64,000 nt of DNA from Amoebidium appalachense (Eukaryota; Protista; Ichthyosporea), in NCBI GenBank assembly GCA_963693365.1, contig CAVNZM010000002.1:1859649-1923648 (forward strand). The letters are read 5' to 3'. The notes below the pieces were generated by a model. It worked only from the letters and a program-made list of their open reading frames with translations. It was not told the origin of the DNA and did no database searches. Numbering within the stretch: the stretch's first letter is position 1; each line of letters starts with the position of its first letter. The position numbers and the translations under genes were made by a program. This document shows positions 12,601 to 23,903 of this stretch, one piece after another.

Positions 12601-14116
12601 GATTACATTCCAGACTGCTGCCCCACGGGTATATAAGCCACGGCTCTGCCAGGTGCAGAAATGGAGTTCAGTCATGGAGTTCAGTCATGGAGTTCAGTCA
12701 TGGAGTTCAGTCATGGAGTTCAGTCATGGAGTTAACACACTGAAAGCAGTAAAAAACGGGTCAGCGCCCAAGCGCGCCACGACGACCCTAGTCACAGCGG
12801 ACTCTACTTCCAACAGGGTTATGGGCCCAGACACGACACCGCGGCCTCTAACTTCACGTCCCCTACGACGCCTTGAACGGAGGAGCCAGAAACCGACTTC
12901 TAGGCTGTACCCTACACCCGCGAGCGTATTTCCGTGAAGTAGAGACTTTCGCTTCCACAAACTCCATCCGCAGCAGCCTGCGACATCAATGTGAACGTCA
13001 AGTATTCCACTTCATTGGCGGGGCACGCACCACAGTGGAATGCACACCCCGGTCTACCCTGCAAGCAGCCACACTCACTCTCTCTTCTCTAGTGGTGTGT
13101 ACACTTCTCCAATTGGGTAGGGGTGTTGGAGTGCAGACTTACGCTCACTCCACAATATGTGTATGTTAGCTTTACAATTGGTTCCGTGTACACAGACACA
13201 CGCTGACACTCGATCACCACATGCACATCTGCATAGTTGAGGAATGTTGCCAATTGTGTTTTGACTGCAAACGATTGGTTCACTGGTCCCAGAGATCTCT
13301 AAATGAAAGTAACCAATCCGATTAGCGCCTGGCATCCGGATTACATTCCAGACTGCTGCCCCACGGGTATATAAGCCACGGCTCTGCCAGGTGCAGAAAT
13401 GGAGTTCAGTCATGGAGTTCAGTCATGGAGTTCAGTCATGGAGTTCAGTCATGGAGTTCAGTCATGGAGTTAACACACTGAAAGCAGTAAAAAACGGGTC
13501 AGCGCCCAAGCGCGCCACGACGACCCTAGTCACAGCGGACTCTACTTCCAACAGTTTCTGCTTTCGAAAAGCTTAAGTTAGCTTTGCAGTCTTCGAGTAT
13601 GCTTGTTCATCCTGATTTTTCGGCCGGGGGGGAATGTTTAAAGTTCGGTGTGATGCAAGTAAGGTTGCTGAGGGGGCCGTGTTATATCAAGTGCAGGAGG
13701 GGCAGGATAGAGTGATTGCTTATGCTAGTCGTTCATTTAGTAAAAGTGAACGTAGATATAGCAATCCAGAGAGAGAGTCCCATGCTATCTTTTGGGCAGT
13801 CTCACAGGCATGGAGGTACATACTCGCAGGCAGGACGTTTGAGGTCTACACCGACCACAAGCCCTGCCTAGCCATGGCCGGCACCACTCGTCTGGTCAAC
13901 GAGAGGATGCAGAAGTGGGCCGCGGCTCTCGGTGAGTTCTCCTATAAATTGTTTTATGCCAAGGGTGAAACAATGGTTGACTGTGATGCTCTCTCTCGTG
14001 CTGCTTATATTTTGTTTGACGAAGAGAAGGAGGGGGAGGGGGGGGATAGTGAGTCGGAGACGGGGGGAGGGGGGAAGGGGGGGAGAGTGAGCAGAAAGGA
14101 ATAGATGCTGTGTCTG
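9655..14116 (+). pseudogene. Ty3/Gypsy pol segment (protease C-terminus, RT, RNase H), inverted relative to the rest of the element and interrupted by a TRIM
   Basis: [58 protein letters not shown]; frameshift near 11580; RNase H CDASK..GAVLYQ..VIAYASR..ERE..YTDHK..DALSR. Confidence 0.93.
11653..13553 (+). mobile_element. Tandem TRIM, copy 2: three 430-bp LTRs (11653-12082, 12386-12815, 13124-13553) and two internal domains
   Basis: 5-bp TSD GTTTC (11648-11652 / 13554-13558); PBS GGGTTATGGGCCCAG after LTR1 and LTR2; PPT GGGTAGGGG before LTR2 and LTR3. Confidence 0.95.
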
Positions 14117-14867
14117 TGTTGTTTTGTACGGGTCTAAGGGAGCAGAGTGCACAGAGGTGTCATGTAAAAACACGACTAACACATTAATGAGAGGGCAATC
14201 GGAGTTGTTCACGAGACATTGAAAGATTTCAAACAACAACTGAATCTTTATTGTGCTCTCGGTTCCAAGGCTTTTGTACTTGCGACTTATCACCTTATCA
14301 CAACTAAAGAGGGAGAACCAATCGGTTCTATCAGAAGATAGAAAAACACATTCCGACAGAGCATACGCATTCCAACTTCCGATTAAACTAAAGTGTAGAA
14401 ACTCTTACTTAAATAAATTAAGTAATTATACATCTAGTCACTATTAACTCACATATATATTTATGTTCGTCTCTATAAAGAAACTTATTTAAATACATAT
14501 ATTTCCTAACAGTCGACACTCTCAAAGTGAAGACACTTTGCAATAAACCGAATTCCATATATATCTATTGTCCAATCACAACACACATATATTAACAGAC
14601 AGGAATGCACAACACAATCTACAGATGTACTCGCTCGCGACTATTGGCGAGCCATCCTTTTGAGAACAAACTAGGCCATTTTGAAATAAAGGAAAGACAA
14701 CGAGTGAGGCTAGCCAATCACGCTACCTCTCAGATAAACAGAGGAGAGCAAATAGAAATAAAACACAATAAGTTCTTATCAGGCAAGAGAGCCAGGTGTG
14801 CACAGATCTACAGATATCTGTGCCCACAGAAACAAGGGAGAGAGAGATACGGGGGGGGGGGGGGGGG

Positions 14868-14953
<86 letters not shown>

Positions 14954-17900
14954 GAGCACAAAGGAGGAAAGCAGACACGAATACAAACAAGCTAGGACAC
15001 ATACATACTTCAAGGCTCTTGCTGTCATACATGGTGACGTATTCCAACATCCCCACTCAAGGGGTTGAAGTTTGTGTTCTCGTGTCTGTTGATGTGACGG
15101 TAGATGGGGTCCAAACACAGGAGGGGCCGTCACACTCAAGTTTCCCCACTCGAGGATGCAAACCGAAGATCCTTGAGGTGGGAAGGAGAGAATCAAAACT
15201 GAAGAGGCACACAACGACGGTTGCCTCTGAAGACTCGAAATAAGAAATCATGGTGGTTATCGGCGATATATATATATAGATAGGAAACACTAGTGTATGT
15301 GTGACGTGTTGGTGGCTAATGGTTTATACTGGGGACCACCCAGGTAAACACAAGACATGAACATCTTGTGGACTGATTTATAGACTGGTGGTCAACCAGT
15401 TAAGACACGGGGAAGGTGCATCCCGTGGACTAGGTTTAGACTGGCAGTCAAACAGCACGTCATGGCTATAGATAATTATTTATACTGGGACGCCATCCCA
15501 GTTCGACATATATATAAGTCGAATATAGAAGAAAACCAATATATATGGTGGGATATGAATATAAATAAACGACGGATGGTGGAGAATAATCCCCACTGAA
15601 GATGCACACATATGACGATGGAAGACTGAGTCCCCACTGATGAAGAGAAACGATGAGGAGTAGTAGACTTTCGTTGGGAGGCATCTTGATCACCGTAGGT
15701 GTGTCAACTGCTGTCCAGGGCCCCAACCTACTCAGAAACCACTCGATGATGAACACCAGTGCACGGGTCAGTCACGGAGACTGAGGTTGGCACGGTGTGT
15801 GTCGTGGGCCGTACCAGCCAGAGGCTTGGTGAAGATGTCGGCCAGGTTCTTCTTGGTGTCGATGTAGGTGACAGTGACGTCCCCACTGTTGATGTAGTCC
15901 TTTGTGTTGAAGTAACGAACGGCAATGTGCTTGGTCCGGTGCTTGATGGTGTTGGAGTGGACCAGAGCAATGGTGGACTGATTGTCACAGTACACGGGGG
16001 TGGGCTCGGTCATGGGGTAGCCCAGCTCCTTTAGTAGATCACGGTGCCAGACAACATCTTGCACGGCAGCATTGAGGGCCAGGAGCTCGGCCTCACACGT
16101 GGAGGTTGCAGTGATCGTCTGCAGCTTGGAGTGGTAGGTGACGGGGGAGCCTTCGAGGAGGATGACGTACCCAGACGTGGAACGACGGGTGGTGGGGCAA
16201 CCAGCAAAGTCAGAATCCGAGTAGCACTCAAGGATGGGCACCTTGCTGTTGGGGGCCTTCTTCTTGTAGTAGAGGCCGAGGTTGATGGTGCCGAGCAGGT
16301 AACGAACGACACGGAGGAGAAGCTCCCAGGCAGTCTTGGTGGGCTTGGAGCTGAATCGGCCGAGGTAGCCAATGGCATACGAGATGTCAGGCCGGGAGCA
16401 CCGAGCAACCCACAGCAGACGGCCGAGGAGTTCACGGTAGGGGACGGTGGTGGGCAGGGATGAGTGGGAGGTCTCGTTGATGATGGTGCCCACGGGAATA
16501 GGGGTGGCCTTAGGCTTGGCATCGACCAGGTTGAAGTCGGTGATGATGTCCTTGATGTAGGAGGACTGCAGCAGCTTGAGGGAGTCACGGGTGTACAGCA
16601 GTTGGGTGCCGAGGAAGATGTCTGGCAGACCGACCTTGCACTCGGCAGACTTCGTGATGTGACGAACAAGCCCCTGCATGATGGTGGAGTTCCGTGTGCA
16701 GGTGATGATGGCATCATCAACGTAGTTGCCCGAACGGATGATGTGCCCGTTGGGGAACTGACGGAAGTAGACACACGGATCGGAACGGAGACGGGTGAGG
16801 CCGTGGGCAATGAGAATGGAGTTGAAGAACTCGTACCATGCCAGGGATGCCTGCTTGAGTCCGTAGATGGCCTTCTTGAGTTTCCAGAATTTGTGTTCAT
16901 TGCCAGGGAGGATAAAACCAGGAGGTTGCTCCATGTACAAAGTCTCGTCGAGGGGGCTGTTGAGGAAGGCCGTGCTGATGTCGAGTTGATGGATCTCGTG
17001 GTCCTGTTGCACACCGAGGGCAAGCAGGGCACGGACGGAGGAGGACATGACGACGGGGGAAGAGTTTTCACCGTAGTCAACACCGTAGACTTGGGTGAAA
17101 CCCTTGGCCACACCACGACCCTTGATCTTGGTGTCACCAGCAGAGTTGAGGACCTTCTCCGTGACAATCCACTTGAATCGGATGATGTTGGCATCGGAGG
17201 GGGGCTCAACTACGTCGAAGATGTCCTTGTCGATGAAAGCCTTGTACTCGGCAGTGAGGGCAGTCACCACTTCATCACCCTTGGTGCCAGAGCACAGCTT
17301 CTGAATTGACCGGGGCAGCTGAGACACATCAAGGCTGGGTCGGGAGATGCTCACCATAGCCATAGCAGGCCGGGAGGAGAGACGGGAGGAACGACGGGGA
17401 ACGGTACGGAGGGGCTCAGGGGCCGGGGGGTTGTCTGTGACAGACACTCGGTGGTCGGGGATGGGGGCCTGGAAGCCAGGGATGGGTGCCGTGTTGAGGG
17501 GGGAGTCGGATAACACGGGGCTGGACGGGGCCGAGTGGAACTCCGGAGACCCAGGACGAACCGGGGTGAGATGACCAGGTACGTGGTCATTGACGGCAGG
17601 GGCCGGCAGCAGGGGTTGCTGACCGGTGGGGGGGGGGGTGGGTGGAGCCACGGGGGCAGGTACACGACGGGGGGAACGACGGATAATCACCGACGGAATT
17701 TCATCGTCATCGGAATTGGAATTTCCGGAATGCAGGGATGAATCGATTGAGGTCGTCTGATTGGTGGCCTGCACAGAAATCTGATTGGATGCCGTGGTGA
17801 ATTGTGATTCGTCGAAGACGACATCGCGGTAGAGGTTGACCGTGTTGCCACGTAGATTCATGATCTTGTGGGCTTTGTTGGTGATATCCCAGCCCACGTA

Positions 17901-20900
17901 GGTGCCGAGTTTGACGGTAGAGGCCAACTTGTCTCGTTTGGATGCAGGGACGTGTACATAGGCTGGGCAGCCGAACACGTGCAGGTGGGAGATGTCAGGC
18001 TTGACACCGTAGAAAATTTCAAACGGTGTACGGCCATTGGCAGCTCTGGCCGGGGTCACGTTGATGATGTAGGCAGCATGCTTGAGAGCAGCTCCCCACA
18101 GTTTGGGGGAAAGGGAGTCGGCCTTGTCCTGATGAAGGAAGCACCGAACGATCTCCTGCAGATCCCTCATCTTACGTTCAACGAAGCCGTTGAGTTGGGG
18201 GCAGTCAACCGGGGCAAATTCCTGAATGATGCCCTTGGACTGGCAGTACTGCTCCATAGCGTGGGAGGTGAACTCGGACCCAGAGTCTGAACGGAAGTGG
18301 GTCACCACCTTGTCGGGTTGCTTGTCAGTAGTCTCAACCAGGGCCTTGACGTATTCGAGAGTTTCGGATCGATCACGGAGGAGGTACACGATGGTGTAGC
18401 CGGAGGCATCACAGGTACACACGAGGGCCACCTTGTAGCCACCATAGGAGGCACAGGGAGGCTCGAAGAAGTCCATGTGCCACTTGGCACCGGGGAAGGG
18501 GCACTGGGTTCTGGTGCCGGAGAATGGGGCCTTGGTGGTCTTGCCGGAGACACAACCGAAGCAGTCAGTGGTGTCAGCCACTGAGAGGGATGAGGGGAGG
18601 CCTGTCACGAGGTCACCTCTCACCATCTTGGTGAGGGTGGACAGGGCACGATGGCCGAGACGGTGGTGCCAGAGCTGAGGATCATTGTTGACCTTGACGT
18701 TGGCTACCAGAGCAGTGACGGTCCGAGGGATGGAGGGACGTATCTCATAGTCAGTGATGAAGTACAGTCCATCTGTGCCTGTGAGGGAACACACGATGTT
18801 GCCACCACGAGTGTAGAGGTATGATGGGAATGCATCCTCATCATCGAGGTGGGCAAGGAGACCCGACTTGGAGGCCATTGAGGGTGATATCAGGAAGGCT
18901 GGGGAGTCGGGTACATAGAGGGTGTTGAGGCTCAGTACTGATGTTACTCCGTTGTAGGTGACGGCCAGGTTGATGACACCACGGTGATGTGCAGTGACGA
19001 TGCCGAGGCCGTGGACGTCAGTCGGGGGGCATGGCTCAAGAGTAGAGAAGTACTCTTTTACTGGGCACACGTGGACGTTTGAAGCCGAGTCCCAGCAGGG
19101 GTCCATGGGTAGGGAGGCCGTGGTGGACACGAGGGCAAAATGCACCTCTTTTCCAGACTTGGTGTTGGCACGGTGACGACGGGCAATTGAGCAGCCAGGT
19201 TTGTCACACTGTGTGACATGATGGTCTTCGTGACAGTAGGCACAGTCGAGGGAGCCAGTGGTCTTGGCTCGGGGTGGCTGGGAATGACGGTTACCCCCTT
19301 TACGTGGGGGGTAGGGTGACCGGGAACGATAGCCGGGGGAACGGGACCGTGAGTAATCACGGTCAACTGAGGGGGATCGATCGGTGGGACGACCGCGGGG
19401 GTGACGGGAGACGGAGCTGTCACGTCGGGGGATCCGGTGTCTGAGGTCGTCCTTGGTGAGTACACGGCTTTGCAGGGCACGTGCTGTTCGGACGGTGGAG
19501 GAGGACCCGGACCCAGAGTCGATGAGACCTTCACGGATCTCTGCAGCTCTGATGTCACTGATTAGACGGTTGTAGGTCTCGTAGTTAATGGTACGACGGA
19601 AGTAGTCGGCAATCATGGCCTGGATGTCGGTACAAACTAACTTACGGTTCTTCTTGAGGTGGATGAAGAAGTTATCAACCATAGTCTTGTGAGGAATAGG
19701 CTCTTCGAGGATGTGCAGGGTAGTGCACAGACGGCGTGCCATGGTGAGGTAGGCCGTGACGGTCTTGAAGTCTTTGAGTTCAAGCTCATGGTAGTCGAGG
19801 AGGATTTGACGAGCACGATCTTCACGTTCAGCCGCATAGGTCATACGGAGGTTGTGGAAAGCTTGGGCAGGTGACACATCATCGTGGATTTGACCAGAGT
19901 TATACAGCTCATCATTGGAGACGAGTTGAGTAAACATCTGTTCAAGGAGGTTGGAAGCCTCGGTGTAGGCCTCCTCAGTGTCGTAGCCGTGCCACTCATT
20001 CTCGTCGGAAGGGTCGACCCACTCGGGGGCCTTGATGACGGGCACTAACTTGGCCGCGGTGGTGGTACGTAGGTACCGGAAGATGACGGGTTCCCACTCA
20101 TAATAGGTGAGACGTTTGCCGGACTTCTTGTCCGTGGTGTCATCCCCTTTCCAGGGGGTGAGGTTGAGATACGCAGGTTTCTCCGACATGGTGATCAATC
20201 AGTCAGATGATGCGTGAGAGAGGAATCAGATCGGTATTCAAATTTGAATATTTTTGATTGCAGCGAGAGTATGTGTTTGCGAGAGCGTGCGAAAATGGGC
20301 CTTTAACTTGTTGTTTTGTACGGGTCTAAGGGAGCAGAGTGCACAGAGGTGTCATGTAAAAACACGACTAACACATTAATGAGAGGGCAATCGGAGTTGT
20401 TCACGAGACATTGAAAGATTTCAAACAACAACTGAATCTTTATTGTGCTCTCGGTTCCTTTTGTACTTGCGACTTATCACCTTATCACAACTAAAGAGGG
20501 AGAACCAATCGGTTCTATCAGAAGATAGAAAAACACATTCCGACAGAGCATACGCATTCCAACTTCCGATTAAACTAAAGTGTAGAAACTCTTACTTAAA
20601 TAAATTAAGTAATTATACATCTAGTCACTATTAACTCACATATATATTTATGTTCGTCTCTATAAAGAAACTTATTTAAATACATATATTTCCTAACAGT
20701 CGACACTCTCAAAGTGAAGACACTTTGCAATAAACCGAATTCCATATATATCTATTGTCCAATCACAACACACATATATTAACAGACAGGAATGCACAAC
20801 ACAATCTACAGATGTACTCGCTCGCGACTATTGGCGAGCCATCCTTTTGAGAACAAACTAGGCCATTTTGAAATAAAGGAAAGACAACGAGTGAGGCTAG

Positions 20901-21054
20901 CCAATCACGCTACCTCTCAGATAAACAGAGGAGAGCAAATAGAAATAAAACACAATAAGTTCTTATCAGGCAAGAGAGCCAGGTGTGCACAGATCTACAG
21001 ATATCTGTGCCCACAGAAACAAGGGAGAGAGAGATACGGGGGGGGGGGGGGGGG

Positions 21055-21104
<50 letters not shown>

Positions 21105-21236
21105 GAGAGAGGGAGAGAGAGAGAGAGAGGGAGAGAGAGAGAGCACAAAGGAGGAAAGCAGACACGAATACAAACAAGCTAGGACACATACATACTTCAA
21201 GGCTCTTGCTGTCATACATGGTGACGTATTCCAACA
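14117..21236 (-). mobile_element. Full-length Ty1/Copia (Copia-2), near-identical to Copia-1, in inverted orientation
   Basis: 3' LTR 14117-15049, 5' LTR 20309-21236, PBS 20295-20308; flanks do not match each other (GTCTG left, ATTTC right) because of the rearrangement. Confidence 0.96.
15768..20189 (-). CDS. Intact Copia Gag-Pol polyprotein (~1,473 aa from MSEKP)
   Basis: Single uninterrupted ORF with zinc knuckle, protease, GAG-pre-integrase, DDE integrase, RT (YVDD) and RNase H motifs. Confidence 0.95.
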   Translation of the reverse strand: MSEKPAYLNLTPWKGDDTTDKKSGKRLTYYEWEPVIFRYLRTTTAAKLVPVIKAPEWVDPSDENEWHGYDTEEAYTEASNLLEQMFTQLVSNDELYNSGQIHDDVSPAQAFHNLRMTYAAEREDRARQILLDYHELELKDFKTVTAYLTMARRLCTTLHILEEPIPHKTMVDNFFIHLKKNRKLVCTDIQAMIADYFRRTINYETYNRLISDIRAAEIREGLIDSGSGSSSTVRTARALQSRVLTKDDLRHRIPRRDSSVSRHPRGRPTDRSPSVDRDYSRSRSPGYRSRSPYPPRKGGNRHSQPPRAKTTGSLDCAYCHEDHHVTQCDKPGCSIARRHRANTKSGKEVHFALVSTTASLPMDPCWDSASNVHVCPVKEYFSTLEPCPPTDVHGLGIVTAHHRGVINLAVTYNGVTSVLSLNTLYVPDSPAFLISPSMASKSGLLAHLDDEDAFPSYLYTRGGNIVCSLTGTDGLYFITDYEIRPSIPRTVTALVANVKVNNDPQLWHHRLGHRALSTLTKMVRGDLVTGLPSSLSVADTTDCFGCVSGKTTKAPFSGTRTQCPFPGAKWHMDFFEPPCASYGGYKVALVCTCDASGYTIVYLLRDRSETLEYVKALVETTDKQPDKVVTHFRSDSGSEFTSHAMEQYCQSKGIIQEFAPVDCPQLNGFVERKMRDLQEIVRCFLHQDKADSLSPKLWGAALKHAAYIINVTPARAANGRTPFEIFYGVKPDISHLHVFGCPAYVHVPASKRDKLASTVKLGTYVGWDITNKAHKIMNLRGNTVNLYRDVVFDESQFTTASNQISVQATNQTTSIDSSLHSGNSNSDDDEIPSVIIRRSPRRVPAPVAPPTPPPTGQQPLLPAPAVNDHVPGHLTPVRPGSPEFHSAPSSPVLSDSPLNTAPIPGFQAPIPDHRVSVTDNPPAPEPLRTVPRRSSRLSSRPAMAMVSISRPSLDVSQLPRSIQKLCSGTKGDEVVTALTAEYKAFIDKDIFDVVEPPSDANIIRFKWIVTEKVLNSAGDTKIKGRGVAKGFTQVYGVDYGENSSPVVMSSSVRALLALGVQQDHEIHQLDISTAFLNSPLDETLYMEQPPGFILPGNEHKFWKLKKAIYGLKQASLAWYEFFNSILIAHGLTRLRSDPCVYFRQFPNGHIIRSGNYVDDAIITCTRNSTIMQGLVRHITKSAECKVGLPDIFLGTQLLYTRDSLKLLQSSYIKDIITDFNLVDAKPKATPIPVGTIINETSHSSLPTTVPYRELLGRLLWVARCSRPDISYAIGYLGRFSSKPTKTAWELLLRVVRYLLGTINLGLYYKKKAPNSKVPILECYSDSDFAGCPTTRRSTSGYVILLEGSPVTYHSKLQTITATSTCEAELLALNAAVQDVVWHRDLLKELGYPMTEPTPVYCDNQSTIALVHSNTIKHRTKHIAVRYFNTKDYINSGDVTVTYIDTKKNLADIFTKPLAGTAHDTHRANLSLRD

Positions 21237-22089
21237 ATTTCCCCCCCGGCCTGATTAAAACGACGAATAAAGGAAGCATGCACACAATTAACCTGAGCCC
21301 CTCCATCGAGCAAAGCAACAGCCTTCAACTTACCATCAGCTAACCATACGTCTATATAATGCCGGCTAAAACCAACTAAATCCTCCTCCAATTCAAGCAA
21401 CACATCATCACTCACACCCAATCCCTGCCCACGAAGACTCACACCCTCGATACCTACGTGCAACATACCTACCTGTGGTGCCTGCACGGGTGGGGTGGGG
21501 TGTGTGTGTATGGTGGGTGGGTGGGTGGTGTGTGTGTGTTGGGTGTATGTGTGGGTGTGTGTGTGGGTGTAGGTGTGTCTGCAACCGTCGTATGTTGTTG
21601 TGGTGGTGTGTTTCTACGTGTCTGTGCCTTCCCCCCCCTTCCCCCTTTACTCGTGTGTGTCCCCCCCCCTCCCGGGAACAATGGCACAGAAACCCCCTCC
21701 GGTGTGGTTAGAACAAACACCGGGTTGGGACAAGAAACACTGAGACCATCCACTTGTGGCTGGGGAACCTCCCCCAACCACAAAACATTCACACCCTTCA
21801 TACCTTTGGTAGAGTCACCCCACAAACATTCATGCCATACCACCTCGACGCTGTCTTGAGGACCCACGACGATGCCCCTCGTCGAACTGCTGCTGCTGTC
21901 CGCTACGTCCACCACGCCCACGACCGCTGGTGTTTGAGTGTAAACTAAAAGCTGTTGTGTTTCTGGCGTCTATAGCTAGTGTGTGAACCTGTGGTATCTG
22001 TGTGTGCAGGGAGCTATCCTCCGCTGCCAATGCGTAGAACATATCTACGTTGAACTTAGCCATTGTGTGGTGTGTGCCCGAACTCGTGT

Positions 22090-22122
<33 letters not shown>

Positions 22123-22367
22123 CGTTGTGTGTTTGAGGTGTAGCAACAGCCCAGAAGGAACTGTCACCGCGTTACCTTAGCGCGAAAAACCGCACTAAAA
22201 GAAAGGTGTAGCTTGTCGTATCCTAATGTATGTGTACTAGAGACGCGGCACTCTACTAAGTGTACACACACGAAAAGGAACGAACGTGTACAGAAAAACG
22301 GTAAAGTTTATTCAGACCAGGCTCCGACGGGCAAACTTAGATCCGTACGGAATGAGTCTAAGTTACA
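21237..22367 (-). pseudogene. 5' part of the Gypsy element: degenerate gag region, aspartic protease N-terminus and a possible short 5' LTR ending at 22367
   Basis: KLKAVALLDGGAQVNCV..QAGGEI joins seamlessly to (EI)PILDASS at 9655 through TSD GAAAT; a minus-strand TGTAAC start at 22367 with GCTACA at 22207 or 22139 suggests an LTR, but the boundary is uncertain. Confidence 0.65.
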
Positions 22368-22929
22368 ACTGAGGCCATCAAGGCCGTGCCCTCCAAGATC
22401 ATCATCACCTGCCAGTGGCCCCCCTACGATGCCACATTCCAAACATTCCGATCTACTTTATCGTGCGCCTGCACGAGCTAAGTCGATCTACTCAAACCAA
22501 TATATTTATCCATGTCTCACCCCTCACCCTCCCCCTAGTGGCACCGCAGAGTCTAAATCTACATTTCATACTATCCTCCCCCCTCCCTCCCCCCCTTTCC
22601 TCTACATCTACATATATAAATACGTTTGGCAACACACTATCTAACCTTGCCAATACTTACAAAAGGGCTTCTGCCCGAACAATCACATTCCTAAGTCCTC
22701 CTACGATCTATCCTATATACACACTAATTAGAATTCTATTGGACGGCTGTTCCGGCTGACGTGGTCCAATGCCCTGCGCCGGCAGAGGCAAGATGCACGC
22801 AGCTGCCAGACAGCTATCTTGAGGCCTCGGTCTTGATCTTGATGATCTGTGGACCCGGCCCCCCCCCCCCCCCCCCCCCCCCACCCCCCGATCTCGATCG
22901 TAGACTTAGGCTAATCTGCTGAGACGGAT

Positions 22930-23903
22930 TAGTATATGTCAGATGTCGTATCCTAAATTTCTCATCCTTCTTCTCGGACGGATTCCATTGTGGAAGGTTG
23001 ATGTACGACGGTTTGTCAGTCATGGTTGAAGCAGTATGTACGGAGGAATTTCGCGGTTGTAACGAGATTGTGTGTTAGCGTGCAAAGGGGCCGTAAACCT
23101 GTTGTTTTGTGTGGGTAAACGGAGAAGCAGAGAGCACAGATGGGTGTTATGTTATACACAACACAGAGACACACGGGAGAAACACAACCGGAGAGGTGGA
23201 ACGATTACTGGAACCATAGGAAATGAATTCAACTGCTTGATATTTATTTCAAGATGAAGTTCCTTTTATACTCGGGAATGTGAAATCGATAAGCCAATAA
23301 AAAGAACGAAAACTCTTTTATCCAATCAGAAAGACGAAAACTATGAGGGTAAAATAAATCGATCGAAATGCCTGTCGACACATAGAAGATAAAACGCAAT
23401 CCTCTAATGAAAGTAATCTTCTAATAAAAGTACGGAAACATTTAACAAAATGAAACCACTTATGTATCTAATTTAGTTCACATCATATATTTATACATGC
23501 AAGTTCTTAACATAACACGTCTAAATTTAAGTATTCCTAATAGTTGGGGAACATAGAGCAATTCTACGTCGTGGGAAAAGAAGGAAAAGGAATGAGGATA
23601 GAAAGGAATGGAATGGGAAAGGAATCGAATAGAATTAATGAGGAATGTAGGTTACTATATTTGGGAAAATATAACGAGATCTGATTGGACAACTTATTTA
23701 GACATTGAAGCAAACAACAATACGTGTGCACGGGCTAAATAGCTCGATGTGTACACAGATCTAAGATATCTGTGCACACGGATCCGGAAAGGAAAGAAAG
23801 AAAGAAAGAAAGGAAAAGGGAAAAGGAAACAAACTACAACAAACTAATAAACAAATGTAAAACTCAACTTCTAAGTCTTGCCGTTAATCATGGGAAGATG
23901 ACA
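22930..23903 (-). mobile_element. Older related Copia (Copia-3): 5' LTR 23100-23903, PBS 23086-23099, truncated gag start at 23023
   Basis: MTDKPSYINLPQWNPSEKKDEKFRIRHLTY is homologous to Copia-1 MSEKPAYLNLTPWKGDDTTDKKSGKRLTY; LTR ends ACAAAACAACA and shares blocks such as CACAGATCTA.AGATATCTGTGC. Confidence 0.8.
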
